Source of the DNA: Gammaproteobacteria bacterium
GTDB taxonomy: Bacteria > Pseudomonadota > Gammaproteobacteria > Chromatiales > Chromatiaceae
Assembly (NCBI GenBank): GCA_015490795.1
Contig: WFXD01000005.1
Coordinates: 4,690 to 68,689 of the forward strand
Reading direction: 5' to 3'
Length of the DNA: 64,000 bases
Shown: positions 49,176-59,814 of the stretch, piece after piece
Position numbering within the stretch: the stretch's first letter is position 1
How the letters are laid out: every line of letters begins with the position of its first letter
The notes under the pieces: generated by a model
The model's input: the letters and a program-made list of their open reading frames with translations, nothing else
What the model was told of the DNA's origin: nothing
Databases searched by the model: none
Program-made: the position numbers and the translations under genes

Positions 49176-50396
49176 CTACCGGTAGTAGTTCAGCGACATG
49201 GCGTGCCGCACCTCATCCAGCGTCTCTTTTGCCAGATCACGCGCCGCCTCGCAGCCCTCTGCAATGATGCTGCGCACCAGTTCAGGCTGTTCAATATACT
49301 CCTGCGCCCGCTCCTGAATTGGTTTAAGCTCGCGCAGAACGGCATCGATAACCGGCTGTTTGCATTCGACGCAGCCAATGCCCGCAGAGCGGCAGCCTGT
49401 CTGCACCCAGTTTTTGATATCGTCATCCGAATAGACCTCATGCCACTGCCAGACGGGGCATTTTGCAGGGTCGCCCGGATCATTCCGGCGTATCCGGTTG
49501 GTATCTGTGGGCATGGTTCGCAGGGTCTGCTCTATACCTTCGGGCGTCTCTCGCAGTGCAATGGTATTGCCGTAGGATTTGGACATCTTCTGGCCATCCA
49601 GCCCCGGCATTTTGGATGCCTTGGTCAGCAGCGGCTGAGGCTCTGGCAATATGATACGGCCACCGCCCTCCAGGTAGCCGAACAGGCGCTCGCGATCACC
49701 CATGTTGATGTTCTGCTGGTTCTCCAGCAGCGCCCGTGCGGCGGCCAGCGCCTCGTGGTCGCCCTGCTCCTGATAGGCCTTGCGATACTGTTCGTAGAGT
49801 TTGGCTGTCTTCTTTCCCATCTTTTTTATCGCCTGGGTCGCCTTCTCTTCAAACCCGGTTTCACGCCCGTAGAGGTGATTGAACCGCCGCGCCACTTCGC
49901 GGGTCAGCTCGACGTGCGCTACCTGATCTTCACCCACAGGAACCTGCCCTGCCTTGTAGATCAGGATGTCGGCGCTTTGCAGCAGCGGGTATCCCAGGAA
50001 CCCGTAGGTGGCGAGATCCCGCTCCTTGAGCTTCTCCTGCTGGTCTTTGTAGCTTGGCACCCGCTCCAGCCAGCCCAGCGGGGTGATCATGGAGAGCAGC
50101 AGATGCAGCTCTGCATGCTCGGGAATGCGGGATTGAATAAACAGCCTCGCCTCACCGGGGTTGACGCCTGCGGCAAGCCAGTCGATCACCATGTCCCACA
50201 CGCTCTCGGAGATGATGCCGGGGTCATCGTAGTGGGTGGTCAGCGCATGCCAGTCTGCTACGAAGAAGTAGCACTCGTATTCATGTTGAAGTTCAACCCA
50301 GTTTTCCAGCACCCCGTGGTAGTGTCCCAGATGGAGCTTGCCGGTAGGGCGCATGCCGGAGAGTACACGGGAGTGTTGCGCAGGAACAGGAGTCAA
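49176..50396 (-). CDS. trpS: Tryptophan--tRNA ligase
   Basis: GKLHLGHY (HIGH-type) and KMSKS motifs. Proposed TTG start at 50396 with GAGGAA 6 nt upstream. The longer tracked ORF would overlap the upstream gene. Confidence 0.92.
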   Translation of the reverse strand: MTPVPAQHSRVLSGMRPTGKLHLGHYHGVLENWVELQHEYECYFFVADWHALTTHYDDPGIISESVWDMVIDWLAAGVNPGEARLFIQSRIPEHAELHLLLSMITPLGWLERVPSYKDQQEKLKERDLATYGFLGYPLLQSADILIYKAGQVPVGEDQVAHVELTREVARRFNHLYGRETGFEEKATQAIKKMGKKTAKLYEQYRKAYQEQGDHEALAAARALLENQQNINMGDRERLFGYLEGGGRIILPEPQPLLTKASKMPGLDGQKMSKSYGNTIALRETPEGIEQTLRTMPTDTNRIRRNDPGDPAKCPVWQWHEVYSDDDIKNWVQTGCRSAGIGCVECKQPVIDAVLRELKPIQERAQEYIEQPELVRSIIAEGCEAARDLAKETLDEVRHAMSLNYYR

Positions 50397-50437
50397 TGGT
50401 GTTTCCTCTGAAGTTTGATAAACGGTGTGCAGGCGCT

Positions 50438-51097
50438 CTATTGTAAGCCAACCAGCGATACGATGATGTATTGAAAAGTAGAGAGCAGCGGGCCAATGAT
50501 ACTGCCAAGCATGCCCGTTGCCAGCAGGCCAACGATAATGAAGAGTCCCCAAGGCTCAAGGCGGGCGTAGGGCACTGCCAGCCTGGCAGGCAGCAGTGAG
50601 GCTACAATGCGCCCCCCATCGAGCGGCAGGATAGGCAGCAGGTTCAGTACCAGCAGTATGCTGTTGATCATGATGCCGGCTGTCCCCATGTAGATCAGGG
50701 GATAGGCTACCCAGGGCAGACTCTCCAGCAGCGAGACCCCTGCCTGCATGCCCACCCCCCATAGCAGCGCCATGATCAGGTTGGAGGCGGGGCCGGCAAT
50801 CGCCACCAGCGCCATATCCCTGCGGGGGTTATTCAGATTGCGCCAATCTACCGGAACGGGTTTGGCCCAGCCAAACAGGAACCCGGTCAGCAGATACATC
50901 CCCAGTGGCACTATCACCGTACCCAGAGGGTCGATATGCTGGATGGGATTGAGCGTAACCCGCCCCTGCTGTTTGGCCGTCGGGTCACCCAGTTTGTTTG
51001 CAACCCAGCCGTGGGCGGCTTCGTGCACGGTAATGGCAAACAGCACGGGCAGTATCAAAACGACGATCTGCTGAATGGTATTTAATTCATTCATCAC
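50438..51097 (-). CDS. Site-2 protease (M50) family membrane metallopeptidase
   Basis: HEAAHG zinc motif in TM1. Multi-TM, 219 aa. Confidence 0.85.
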   Translation of the reverse strand: MMNELNTIQQIVVLILPVLFAITVHEAAHGWVANKLGDPTAKQQGRVTLNPIQHIDPLGTVIVPLGMYLLTGFLFGWAKPVPVDWRNLNNPRRDMALVAIAGPASNLIMALLWGVGMQAGVSLLESLPWVAYPLIYMGTAGIMINSILLVLNLLPILPLDGGRIVASLLPARLAVPYARLEPWGLFIIVGLLATGMLGSIIGPLLSTFQYIIVSLVGLQ

Positions 51098-51124
51098 TTG
51101 AAGGTGCCCATTGATAAAATCTTC

Positions 51125-51748
51125 CTATGCTTCAAACAGGGTGGCATCACCCTTGCCTTTGCGCACAACCGTGGCTGAATCATCGCTCATGTCGACCACG
51201 GTTGTCGGCTCGAATCCGCAATAACCCCCATCAATCACCAGATCTACATCATGCCCGAGGGTGTCGCGCATGTCATACGGATCAGTGAGTGGCATCTCAT
51301 CACCCGGCAGAATCAGGGTGGAGCTCATCAGCGGCTCTCCCAGCTCTCCCAGCAGTGCCTGGGCGATATGGTTGTCCGGTATACGCAGGCCAATGGTCTT
51401 GCGTTTGGCGTGCTGGAGGCGTTTTGGCACCTGTTTGGTGGCCTGGTGAATGAAGGTGTAGGGGCCTGGGGTCAGCCCCTTTAGCAGGCGGTACTGCTGG
51501 TTGCTGATCTTGGCATAGGTGGAGATCTCCGTCAGATCCCGGCATACCAGTGTGAAGTTATGTTTGTCATCAAGCTGGCGGATCTGCCGGATGCGCTCCA
51601 TTGCCCGCTTGTCGCCGACATGGCAGCCCAGGGCATAACTGGAGTCAGTGGGGTAGATCACCAGGCCGCCCTGGCGAATGATCTCAACCGCGCTTCGAAT
51701 CAGGCGCAGTTGGGGGTTATCCGGGTGAATTTGAAAAAATTGAGCCAC
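51125..51748 (-). CDS. L-threonylcarbamoyladenylate synthase family protein (YrdC/YciO-like)
   Basis: FFQIHPDNPQ...VIYPTDSSYALGC...KGLTPGPYTFI. The start is ambiguous: GTG at 51748, or GTG at 51799, which would overlap the upstream gene by 17 nt. Confidence 0.82.
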   Translation of the reverse strand: MAQFFQIHPDNPQLRLIRSAVEIIRQGGLVIYPTDSSYALGCHVGDKRAMERIRQIRQLDDKHNFTLVCRDLTEISTYAKISNQQYRLLKGLTPGPYTFIHQATKQVPKRLQHAKRKTIGLRIPDNHIAQALLGELGEPLMSSTLILPGDEMPLTDPYDMRDTLGHDVDLVIDGGYCGFEPTTVVDMSDDSATVVRKGKGDATLFEA

Positions 51749-51782
51749 TTGGGGGGAAACCGTTTGGAAAAGTCGTCCGCTA

Positions 51783-52646
51783 TCAGGCGCTGATAGCACG
51801 GGTGGTTAAAGGCAAGCCCCAATCATGCCAGATCGGTGTGCAGATTTCAGGCAGCGCCTGAAAGCGACCCAATCTGCGCCAGGGATTTTCGGGGCCATGG
51901 TAGTCCGAGCCGGTCGATGCCAGCAGGGCAAAATCCTGCGCATGCCGAGCCATGGTAGATGTCTCATCGCGGTTATGGCTTCCTGAGACCACCTCCAATC
52001 CCACGCCGCCGGCCTCTGCAAACTCTGCCAGCAGCCGGCGCAGCCTGGTGCGGGTAAAGGGGTAGCGTGCGGGATGTGCAATCACCGCCTGCCCGCCTGC
52101 GGCCAAGATCCACGCCACGGCATCCTCCAGCTCTGCCCACTTTCCAGGCACATATCCCGGTTTGCCGTGTGTCAGAAAACGTTGAAAAACCTTTTTCTCA
52201 CTCTCGGCATGACCATGTTTTACGAGAAAGCGGGCAAAATGGCAGCGGCCGATCAGCACCCCGCTTGAGAGTGCCCTGGCACCCTCAAATGCATCGCTGA
52301 TGCCCACCTTTGCCAGCCTGCGCCCCATCTCTTCTGCCCGCCAGTTGCGAAACTGGCGCAGTGTTGCCAATCCATCCTGCAACAGCGTGCAATCAGGGGT
52401 GATGCCCAGGCCAACGATATGCACGACATGGCTGTTCCAGCTTGCAGAGATCTCCACCCCAGGTATGAAACCGATGCCCAGGCTTTGTGCTGTGGCGGCG
52501 GCTTCGGCCAGCCCCTCGGTGGTATCGTGATCGGTCAGGGCGATGGCATCTACCCCTTGCTCGGCGGCGTGCTGTATCAGCTCCTTTGGCGAGCTCGTTC
52601 CATCCGATGCGGTTGAGTGTGTGTGCAGGTCAAAAATTGTAGCCAT
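51783..52646 (-). CDS. PHP-domain phosphoesterase (TrpH/YciV-like)
   Basis: Start at MATIFDLHTHSTASDG (PHP motif I). The upstream 73 codons of the tracked ORF are discounted. Confidence 0.85.
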   Translation of the reverse strand: MATIFDLHTHSTASDGTSSPKELIQHAAEQGVDAIALTDHDTTEGLAEAAATAQSLGIGFIPGVEISASWNSHVVHIVGLGITPDCTLLQDGLATLRQFRNWRAEEMGRRLAKVGISDAFEGARALSSGVLIGRCHFARFLVKHGHAESEKKVFQRFLTHGKPGYVPGKWAELEDAVAWILAAGGQAVIAHPARYPFTRTRLRRLLAEFAEAGGVGLEVVSGSHNRDETSTMARHAQDFALLASTGSDYHGPENPWRRLGRFQALPEICTPIWHDWGLPLTTRAISA

Positions 52647-52858
52647 GACCGCTATTGTAACCCATGCGAAAGGCAGATTCTTTTTTTCATCAGATGCAGA
52701 TAGAATCTGCGCCTCCCAGGAACTGAAATCCAAAAAACAGGTCTCACTCATGCGCTGCGGGTGGATGGGACGGATAGCCCCGCTTGCGAAACCATAAAAG
52801 TGCACAGGATCTTGCAAACATCCTCCATTGATATACAGATACCAAGTAGATAGAACAG

Positions 52859-53824
<966 letters not shown>

Positions 53825-53843
53825 GGCCTTTGCAGATACCAGA

Positions 53844-54767
53844 ATGGCAGGCACAGATCGCGTCCAGGTTAACCAATCCACCCTGATCGGACTGCAAAAG
53901 GCAGGGGCTTCACTGCCGCTCAGGGCGGTAAAGGTTCTGGGGCGCATGACGGGCAGCTACCTCTCCAGATTTAAAGGCCGGGGGATGGAGTTCGATGAGG
54001 CCCGCCCCTATCAGCCCGGTGATGATGCACGCAATCTCGACTGGAAGGTGACAGCGCGCACTGGCAAACCCTTCACCAAACTCTTTAGAGAGGAGCGTGA
54101 GCGCTCCATTCTGCTCTGGGTGGACTACCGTGCGCCCATGCACTTTGCCACTCGTGGCCTCTTCAAATCGGTGCTGGCGGCCAGGACGGCGGCACTGCTG
54201 GCCTGGAGCGCCATCCAGCACGGTGACCGTTTGGGCGGGCTGATCTTCTCGGAGGGCAACCATCTGGAACTGCGGCCCCAGCAGGGCAAGCATGCGGTGC
54301 TGAACTTTATCCGCAAGCTCACGGATGCATCGCCACAGAGCGCCCCCAAAAATGGCAATGGCGCCCAGCAGCAGGTGGCTCAACGGGCGCTGGCCCGCCT
54401 GCGCCGGGTCACCCGTCCGGGCAGCCTGCTCTTTTTGCTGAGCGACTTCCGCTCGCTGGATGAGTCTGCAGAGGCGCACCTGATACACCTGGCGCGCCAC
54501 AACGATGTTGTGCTGATCTTTATTCACGACCATCTGGAGAGGGCGCTGCCCCCGTCCGGCAACTACCGCCTCACGGATGGCCGGCGCACCATCACCATCG
54601 ACACCGGCAGCCGCGCACTAAAAAAGCGGTATACCGAGCGCTTCCAGACCCATGAGGCCTGGCTGCGTGATCTCTGCCGGCGTGCAGGCATCCACCTGCT
54701 GAGCTGCGCCACGGACCAGGATCCGTACAGCATGCTGCAAGCAGGCCTTGGCCGGAGGCGCAGGTGA
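53844..54767 (+). CDS. DUF58-family (VWA-like) protein, MoxR partner
   Basis: GMEFDEARPYQPGDDARNLDWKVTAR is the DUF58 signature. Alternative TTG start at 53811. Confidence 0.85.
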   Translation: MAGTDRVQVNQSTLIGLQKAGASLPLRAVKVLGRMTGSYLSRFKGRGMEFDEARPYQPGDDARNLDWKVTARTGKPFTKLFREERERSILLWVDYRAPMHFATRGLFKSVLAARTAALLAWSAIQHGDRLGGLIFSEGNHLELRPQQGKHAVLNFIRKLTDASPQSAPKNGNGAQQQVAQRALARLRRVTRPGSLLFLLSDFRSLDESAEAHLIHLARHNDVVLIFIHDHLERALPPSGNYRLTDGRRTITIDTGSRALKKRYTERFQTHEAWLRDLCRRAGIHLLSCATDQDPYSMLQAGLGRRRR

Positions 54768-55273
54768 GCCCGGCCACACAGCAGCCTCTGCCGCTCAGGG
54801 ATATCCACCTGCCAGAGCCGGTCTCCTGGTGGCCACTGGCACCGGGCTGGTGGGGGCTGGCTGTTTTGATCCTGCTGCTGGTTGGGCTGCTCTTTTTGGG
54901 TCGCGCCCTCTACCGCCGCGGCCAGCTGCGCCGGGAGGCGCGCCAGGCGCTACAGGCGATAGAGAGCCGATACAAAATCCACCAAAATGATCAGCAGCTG
55001 GCAGCCGACCTCTCCACACTGCTGCGGCGGGTGGCGCTCAGCTGTTCACCCCGGGCAGAGGTTGCCGGCCTGACCGGTGATGCCTGGCTGGATTTTCTGG
55101 ATCGCGGCGTGGCAGGCAGCCGTTTCCACAAGGCATTCTCCACCGGCGTTGGCCGCGCACTGGTTGAGGCCCCCTACAGGGCTGCTGTAAAGATAGAGGG
55201 CGCTGCCCTGCTCAAGCTGTGTGCCGCATGGGTTGAGGCCCTGCCCCATAAACCGGAGGGCTCCCAGGCATGA
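54764..55273 (+). CDS. DUF4381-like single-TM protein of the Bat operon
   Basis: GTGA overlap with the DUF58 gene; GGAGG upstream. IHLPEPVSWWPLAPGWW followed by a TM helix. Confidence 0.7.
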   Translation: MSPATQQPLPLRDIHLPEPVSWWPLAPGWWGLAVLILLLVGLLFLGRALYRRGQLRREARQALQAIESRYKIHQNDQQLAADLSTLLRRVALSCSPRAEVAGLTGDAWLDFLDRGVAGSRFHKAFSTGVGRALVEAPYRAAVKIEGAALLKLCAAWVEALPHKPEGSQA

Positions 55274-56265
55274 TGACGCTCTACTGGCCCTGGCTGCTCG
55301 CCCTGCTGCCGCTGCCGCTGCTGATCAGGTGGTTCATGCCTGCTGCCCCCCGGCAGCAGGATGCGGCCCTGCGTGTCCCTTTTCTGGAGGATTTTGAGGG
55401 TGGCGGCGAAACCACGGGCAGCAGACCCCGGCAGGATATACTGCTCTGGCTGGCCGCTGCTGCCTGGGTCATGCTGGTGCTGGCAGCGGCGCGCCCCCAG
55501 TGGCTGGGTGACCCGCTGGAGATACCGATGAGCGGGCGTGACCTGATGCTGGCAGTGGATCTCTCCAAGAGTATGGAAGAGGAGGATTTCAGGCTTGCCA
55601 ATCAATGGGTCGACCGTCTGACCGCGACCAAGCAGGTTGCCGGTGATTTTATCAAGCGCCGCAAGGGTGACCGCATCGGCCTGATCCTGTTTGGCGAACA
55701 GGCCTACCTGCAAGCGCCGTTGACCTTTGACCGGGAGACGGTAAAAACCCTGCTGTACGAATCGGCTATCGGCCTGGCGGGCAGAAGTACCGCCATTGGT
55801 GATGCCATTGGTTTAGGGATAAAGCGGCTGCAAGACCGCCCGGCTGAAAATCGGGTGCTGATCCTGTTAACCGACGGCGCCAACACGGCAGGAGAGATTG
55901 AGCCTGTCCGCGCTGCTGAACTGGCGGCGCGGAAGCGGGTAAAGGTCTACACCATTGGCATCGGCGCCGATGAGCTGATTGTCCGCTCCTTTTTTGGCAG
56001 CCGGCGCATCAACCCCTCGCGTGATCTGGATGAGAAAAGCCTCAAGGCCATTGCCGATAAAACCGGCGGCCGCTACTTCAGAGCCAGGGATATCAATGAG
56101 CTGAAAGGGATCTACCGGCTGCTGGACGAGCTGGAGCCGATTGAGCAGGAGCAGCAGCTGTTCCGCCCCGTTCGAGCACTCTACCCCTGGCCACTGGGTG
56201 CTGCACTGATACTTGCCGGCCTGGTTATCGGCTGGCGCAGCGGATGGAGGCCAAACCGTGGATAA
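55270..56265 (+). CDS. VWA-domain membrane protein (BatA-like)
   Basis: ATGA overlap. N-terminal TM. MIDAS DLSKSM; LLTDGANTAG. Confidence 0.85.
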   Translation: MMTLYWPWLLALLPLPLLIRWFMPAAPRQQDAALRVPFLEDFEGGGETTGSRPRQDILLWLAAAAWVMLVLAAARPQWLGDPLEIPMSGRDLMLAVDLSKSMEEEDFRLANQWVDRLTATKQVAGDFIKRRKGDRIGLILFGEQAYLQAPLTFDRETVKTLLYESAIGLAGRSTAIGDAIGLGIKRLQDRPAENRVLILLTDGANTAGEIEPVRAAELAARKRVKVYTIGIGADELIVRSFFGSRRINPSRDLDEKSLKAIADKTGGRYFRARDINELKGIYRLLDELEPIEQEQQLFRPVRALYPWPLGAALILAGLVIGWRSGWRPNRG

Positions 56266-58102
56266 CTTCCATTTTCTGCGCCCGCTCTGGTTTCTGGCGC
56301 TCATCCCGCTGCTGGCTATCCTGTGGAGGCTCTGGCACCAAACCACCAACAGCAAGGCCTGGCGCGCGGTCTGTGACCCCGAGCTGCTGCCCTATCTGCT
56401 GGCGGACGAGCAGGGCGTACGGCAGCGATGGCCGCTGCTGGCTATTGGCATTGCAGGGCTGCTTGGCATCATCGCCATTGCCGGCCCGGTTTGGGAGCAG
56501 CGTGAACAGCCGCTGTTTCGGGAGCAGTCTGCCCTGGTGCTGGCGCTGGATCTCTCCCGTTCGATGGATGCCGCAGATATCAAACCCAGCCGCCTGGCAC
56601 GCGCCCGTTACAAGATCGCCGATATTCTGAAACAGCGACGAGAGGGTCAGACCGCGCTGATTGTCTATGCCGCCACCCCGTTTCTGGTTACGCCCCTCAC
56701 CGATGATACAGCCACCATTGCTGCTCAGCTCAACAGCCTTGAAACGGCGCTGATGCCTTCACAGGGCACGCGCCCCGATCTTGCAGTAAAAAAGGCGGCT
56801 GAATTGTTACAGCAGGCAGGTCATAGCCAGGGGGATATTCTGCTGATTACAGATGGCATCGAGCCTCTCTCGATAGAGGAGGTTTTGGCGGCAAGGGATA
56901 ACGGGGAGTACCGTATCAGCCTGTTGGGGGTTGGCACCCCTGAAGGGGCACCCATCACCCTGCCCGGGGGTGGTTTCCTGAAGAGTGCCGCAGGGGAGAT
57001 TGTGCTGCCGCGTCTGGATAGCCCAACACTCAGTGAGCTCGCCCAGGCGGGTGGCGGCCGCTACCACAGGCTCTCTATCGGTGATGATGATATCAGATAT
57101 CTATTGGCGCCCCTGCAGAACCGGCAGAGCCACGCTGCTGAAAAGGAGGCGGCGCTGACCACCGATCAGTGGCAGGAGGAGGGGCCTTGGCTGCTGCTGT
57201 TGATTCTGCCGCTTGCTGCGCTGGCCTTTCGCCGCGGCTATCTGCTGCTGGTGCTTTTTATACTGCTGCCCCACTCTCAGGATGCCGCAGCGCTTGAGTG
57301 GCAAGAGCTTTGGGCGCGCGCCGATCAGCAGGCCTCTCGAATGCTCCAGCAAGGTGATGCCAGTGCCGCCGCCCGGCAGTTTGAAAACCGGGAGTGGAAG
57401 GCGGCTGCCCACTACAGAGCGGGGGAATATGAGCAGGCCATTGCGGCGCTCGATGGCATTAACAGCCCCGATGCGCTCTACAACAAAGGCAATGCCCTGG
57501 CACAGATTGGAAAGCTGCCAGAGGCGCTCCAGGCCTATGATCAGGCGCTGGAGCTGAACCCGGCTGACCAGGATATTGCGTACAACCGGGAGCTGGTCGA
57601 AAAGCAGCTTGAGCAACAGCAGAGGCAGGATCAGCAACAAAACCAGGATGAGAGCCAGGAGTCGTCAGAACAGCAACAGCAGGATCAATCGCAGCAGGAT
57701 CAATCACAGCAGCAGGATCAATCCGAACCTCAGCCGGGTGAGCAGCAGGAGCCACAGCAGGGAGAGTCCTCCGACAATGAGCAGCAGGAGCCACAGCAGG
57801 GAGAGTCCTCCGGCAATGAGCAGGAGCAGCAGAAAAGTGAGGCCCAGCAAGGTGAAGAGGGTGAGCAGCAAGAGGAGCCAGCCGCAGCAGAGGAGCAATC
57901 GGATAAAGGGGATGAGCAGGAGCAGAGTGAGTCAGAGATGGCCAAGCCTGAAGAGATGACGGAGGAGGAGAAGAGCATGGCGCAGGCAACAGAGCAGTGG
58001 TTGCGCCGCATCCCCGATGACCCTGGCGGGCTTTTACGGCGCAAGTTCCTGTATCAATACCAACGCCAACCTCAACCTGTACAAGAGGCACAACAATGGT
58101 AA
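56258..58102 (+). CDS. VWA plus TPR membrane protein (BatB/BatC-like) with a Gln/Glu-rich low-complexity tail
   Basis: GTG 56258 with GGAGG upstream, 8-nt overlap. MIDAS DLSRSM. TPR (YNKGNALAQIGKLPEALQAYDQALELNP). About 150 aa of Q/E-rich sequence. Confidence 0.85.
   Translation: MDNFHFLRPLWFLALIPLLAILWRLWHQTTNSKAWRAVCDPELLPYLLADEQGVRQRWPLLAIGIAGLLGIIAIAGPVWEQREQPLFREQSALVLALDLSRSMDAADIKPSRLARARYKIADILKQRREGQTALIVYAATPFLVTPLTDDTATIAAQLNSLETALMPSQGTRPDLAVKKAAELLQQAGHSQGDILLITDGIEPLSIEEVLAARDNGEYRISLLGVGTPEGAPITLPGGGFLKSAAGEIVLPRLDSPTLSELAQAGGGRYHRLSIGDDDIRYLLAPLQNRQSHAAEKEAALTTDQWQEEGPWLLLLILPLAALAFRRGYLLLVLFILLPHSQDAAALEWQELWARADQQASRMLQQGDASAAARQFENREWKAAAHYRAGEYEQAIAALDGINSPDALYNKGNALAQIGKLPEALQAYDQALELNPADQDIAYNRELVEKQLEQQQRQDQQQNQDESQESSEQQQQDQSQQDQSQQQDQSEPQPGEQQEPQQGESSDNEQQEPQQGESSGNEQEQQKSEAQQGEEGEQQEEPAAAEEQSDKGDEQEQSESEMAKPEEMTEEEKSMAQATEQWLRRIPDDPGGLLRRKFLYQYQRQPQPVQEAQQW
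57740..57817 (+). repeat. Two exact-but-one-base copies of a 39-nt in-frame tandem repeat inside the BatB-like gene
   Basis: gagcagcaggagccacagcagggagagtcctccg[a/g]caat, two copies, encoding EQQEPQQGESS(D/G)N. Flanked by caggatcaatc-type short repeats. Confidence 0.9.
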
Positions 58103-59814
58103 AAAGAGATCTCATCAAACGTCTGTTTTTCACCCTGATCATACTGTTGCAGGCAGCCAATGCATGGGGTGCGACCATCACGGCAGAGGTTTCACCGAAC
58201 CCGGTCTCCATTGATGAGGCCTTCGAGCTGATATTTGAGGCGGATGGCCCACCCGATGGCGAGCCTGATTTTTCACCGCTGGAGCATAATCTGGAGATCC
58301 TCTCTCGCAGCCAGAGCCAGAGCATCAGAATGATCAATGGCGACTACAGCCAAACCACTCGCTGGAGGCTCAGCGTGATGGCAAAGAGCGCCGGGCCGCT
58401 AACCATACCGGCCATATCCTTTGGCAGTGACCGCAGCCAGGCCATATCCATCCTGGTGCGGGAGGCAGCGCAGCCAGACCCGGCCAGCAGCGGTGAAGAT
58501 CTGTTTATGGAGGTCTCGGTCGAGCCTGAAACTGCCTATGTGCAGCAGCAGCTGATCTTTCGTGTGCGCATCTACCGTGCGGTTAATATTGTGGATGCCA
58601 GCCTCTCTGCGCCCCAGTTCAACGACCCCGATATTATTGTCGAACAGCTGGGTGATGAGCAGAACTTTGAGACGCAACGCAATGGCAGGCGTTATCTGGT
58701 CTCTCAAATCGATTACCTTGCCTTCCCGCAGGCCAGCGGCACGCTGACGCTGGATCCAATCACATTCCAGACCCGGATCATGCAGCAGAGCCGCCATCCG
58801 TTCGACAGGTTTGGGCAGGCCGGGGCGATAAAACGTATCCGCTCAAAAGCGATAAGCATAGAGATCAAGCCCATCCCGAAAGGGGCGGCGCAACCCTGGC
58901 TGCCGTTAACCAACCTGCAACTTTCGGCCTCCTGGCCCAAGAGCAATCCCGAGTTCCGGGTGGGTGAGCCTGTTACCCGCACACTGGCCATCGTGGCCGA
59001 TGGCATTACCGCCGCACAACTCCCGGAGATTCACCAGGATATGCCCGCTGGGTTCAAGCAGTACCCGGATCAACCCATGTTGCAGGACCACAAGGATGAA
59101 AATGGCGTCACAGCCATTCGCCAGGAGAAGATTGCCCTGGTGCCTACCAGGGTTGGGGAGTATGTTTTGCCCGCGATAAAGGTCAGCTGGTGGAATGTAC
59201 AGACAAACCGGCAGGAGGTCGCCTGGATTGCCGAGGAGCATATTCAGGTGCTTCCAGCGCCAGATGCCCCTGCCGAGCCACCACCCACTGTCGCCAGCAG
59301 CCCAATTGCTCAAGAGGCCAAAGTGCTGCCCGAGCTGCCGCCCCGAGCCGAACCGAGCAACGGTATCTACCCCTGGCTAGCGCTCTTTTTTGCAGTGGGC
59401 TGGCTCTCTACCGCTGCTGCCTGGTGGTGGTTTAGCCACTATCGACAGCCAAAAAAGAGCGCCCCGGAAAACAGCCGCCCACCCAAAACAGAGCGTCGCA
59501 ATAAGATCCTGGCGGAACTGAGAGCGGCCTGTCAGGCAGGTGACGGCTTTGCGGTATGCAGAGCCCTGCTTGCCTGGGGTAAGACGGTGTGGCCGGCTGA
59601 TCCGCCCAAAGGTCTTGTTGAACTTGCCTCCCGTTTTGATGAGGCAGCCGCTGCAGATATTCTTGCCCTCAACCAATCTCTTTATGGCAGGCAGCGCGGC
59701 AGCTGGGATGGTGATGCAATATGGAGTGCCGTTAAAAACCATAGCGCGCAACAGCATGCGCAAAAGCACCCGGCAGAAGGGCTTGAGCCGCTCTATTTGC
59801 AGGCAGAGCGGTAA
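58096..59814 (+). CDS. BatD-family protein (oxygen-tolerance operon component)
   Basis: ATGGTAA overlap with the previous gene. Signal peptide, long beta-rich region, one TM near the C-terminus (WLALFFAVGWLSTAAAWWWF). Confidence 0.8.
   Translation: MVKRDLIKRLFFTLIILLQAANAWGATITAEVSPNPVSIDEAFELIFEADGPPDGEPDFSPLEHNLEILSRSQSQSIRMINGDYSQTTRWRLSVMAKSAGPLTIPAISFGSDRSQAISILVREAAQPDPASSGEDLFMEVSVEPETAYVQQQLIFRVRIYRAVNIVDASLSAPQFNDPDIIVEQLGDEQNFETQRNGRRYLVSQIDYLAFPQASGTLTLDPITFQTRIMQQSRHPFDRFGQAGAIKRIRSKAISIEIKPIPKGAAQPWLPLTNLQLSASWPKSNPEFRVGEPVTRTLAIVADGITAAQLPEIHQDMPAGFKQYPDQPMLQDHKDENGVTAIRQEKIALVPTRVGEYVLPAIKVSWWNVQTNRQEVAWIAEEHIQVLPAPDAPAEPPPTVASSPIAQEAKVLPELPPRAEPSNGIYPWLALFFAVGWLSTAAAWWWFSHYRQPKKSAPENSRPPKTERRNKILAELRAACQAGDGFAVCRALLAWGKTVWPADPPKGLVELASRFDEAAAADILALNQSLYGRQRGSWDGDAIWSAVKNHSAQQHAQKHPAEGLEPLYLQAER

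Noticed and set aside
49161-50411. 416-aa plus-strand ORF, the longest of many long ORFs antisense to confidently identified genes. Others: 52970-53947, 59827-60708, 24846-25724, 25210-26103, 12647-13435, 57459-58337, 20794-21567, 62477-63220, 40246-40899, 41853-42533.
   Set aside because: Each lies fully antisense to a gene with clear family motifs (trpS, moxR, recQ, corC, kinase/regulator, batB, argC, deaD, the NHL and cytochrome genes). Their translations are Arg/Gly/Pro/Leu-rich with no motifs. Long antisense ORFs are expected in GC-rich coding DNA.
51195-51215. tRNA T-arm-like string (ggctcgaatccgc)
   Set aside because: It lies inside the YrdC/YciO-family CDS. No acceptor, anticodon or D-arm pairing surrounds it.
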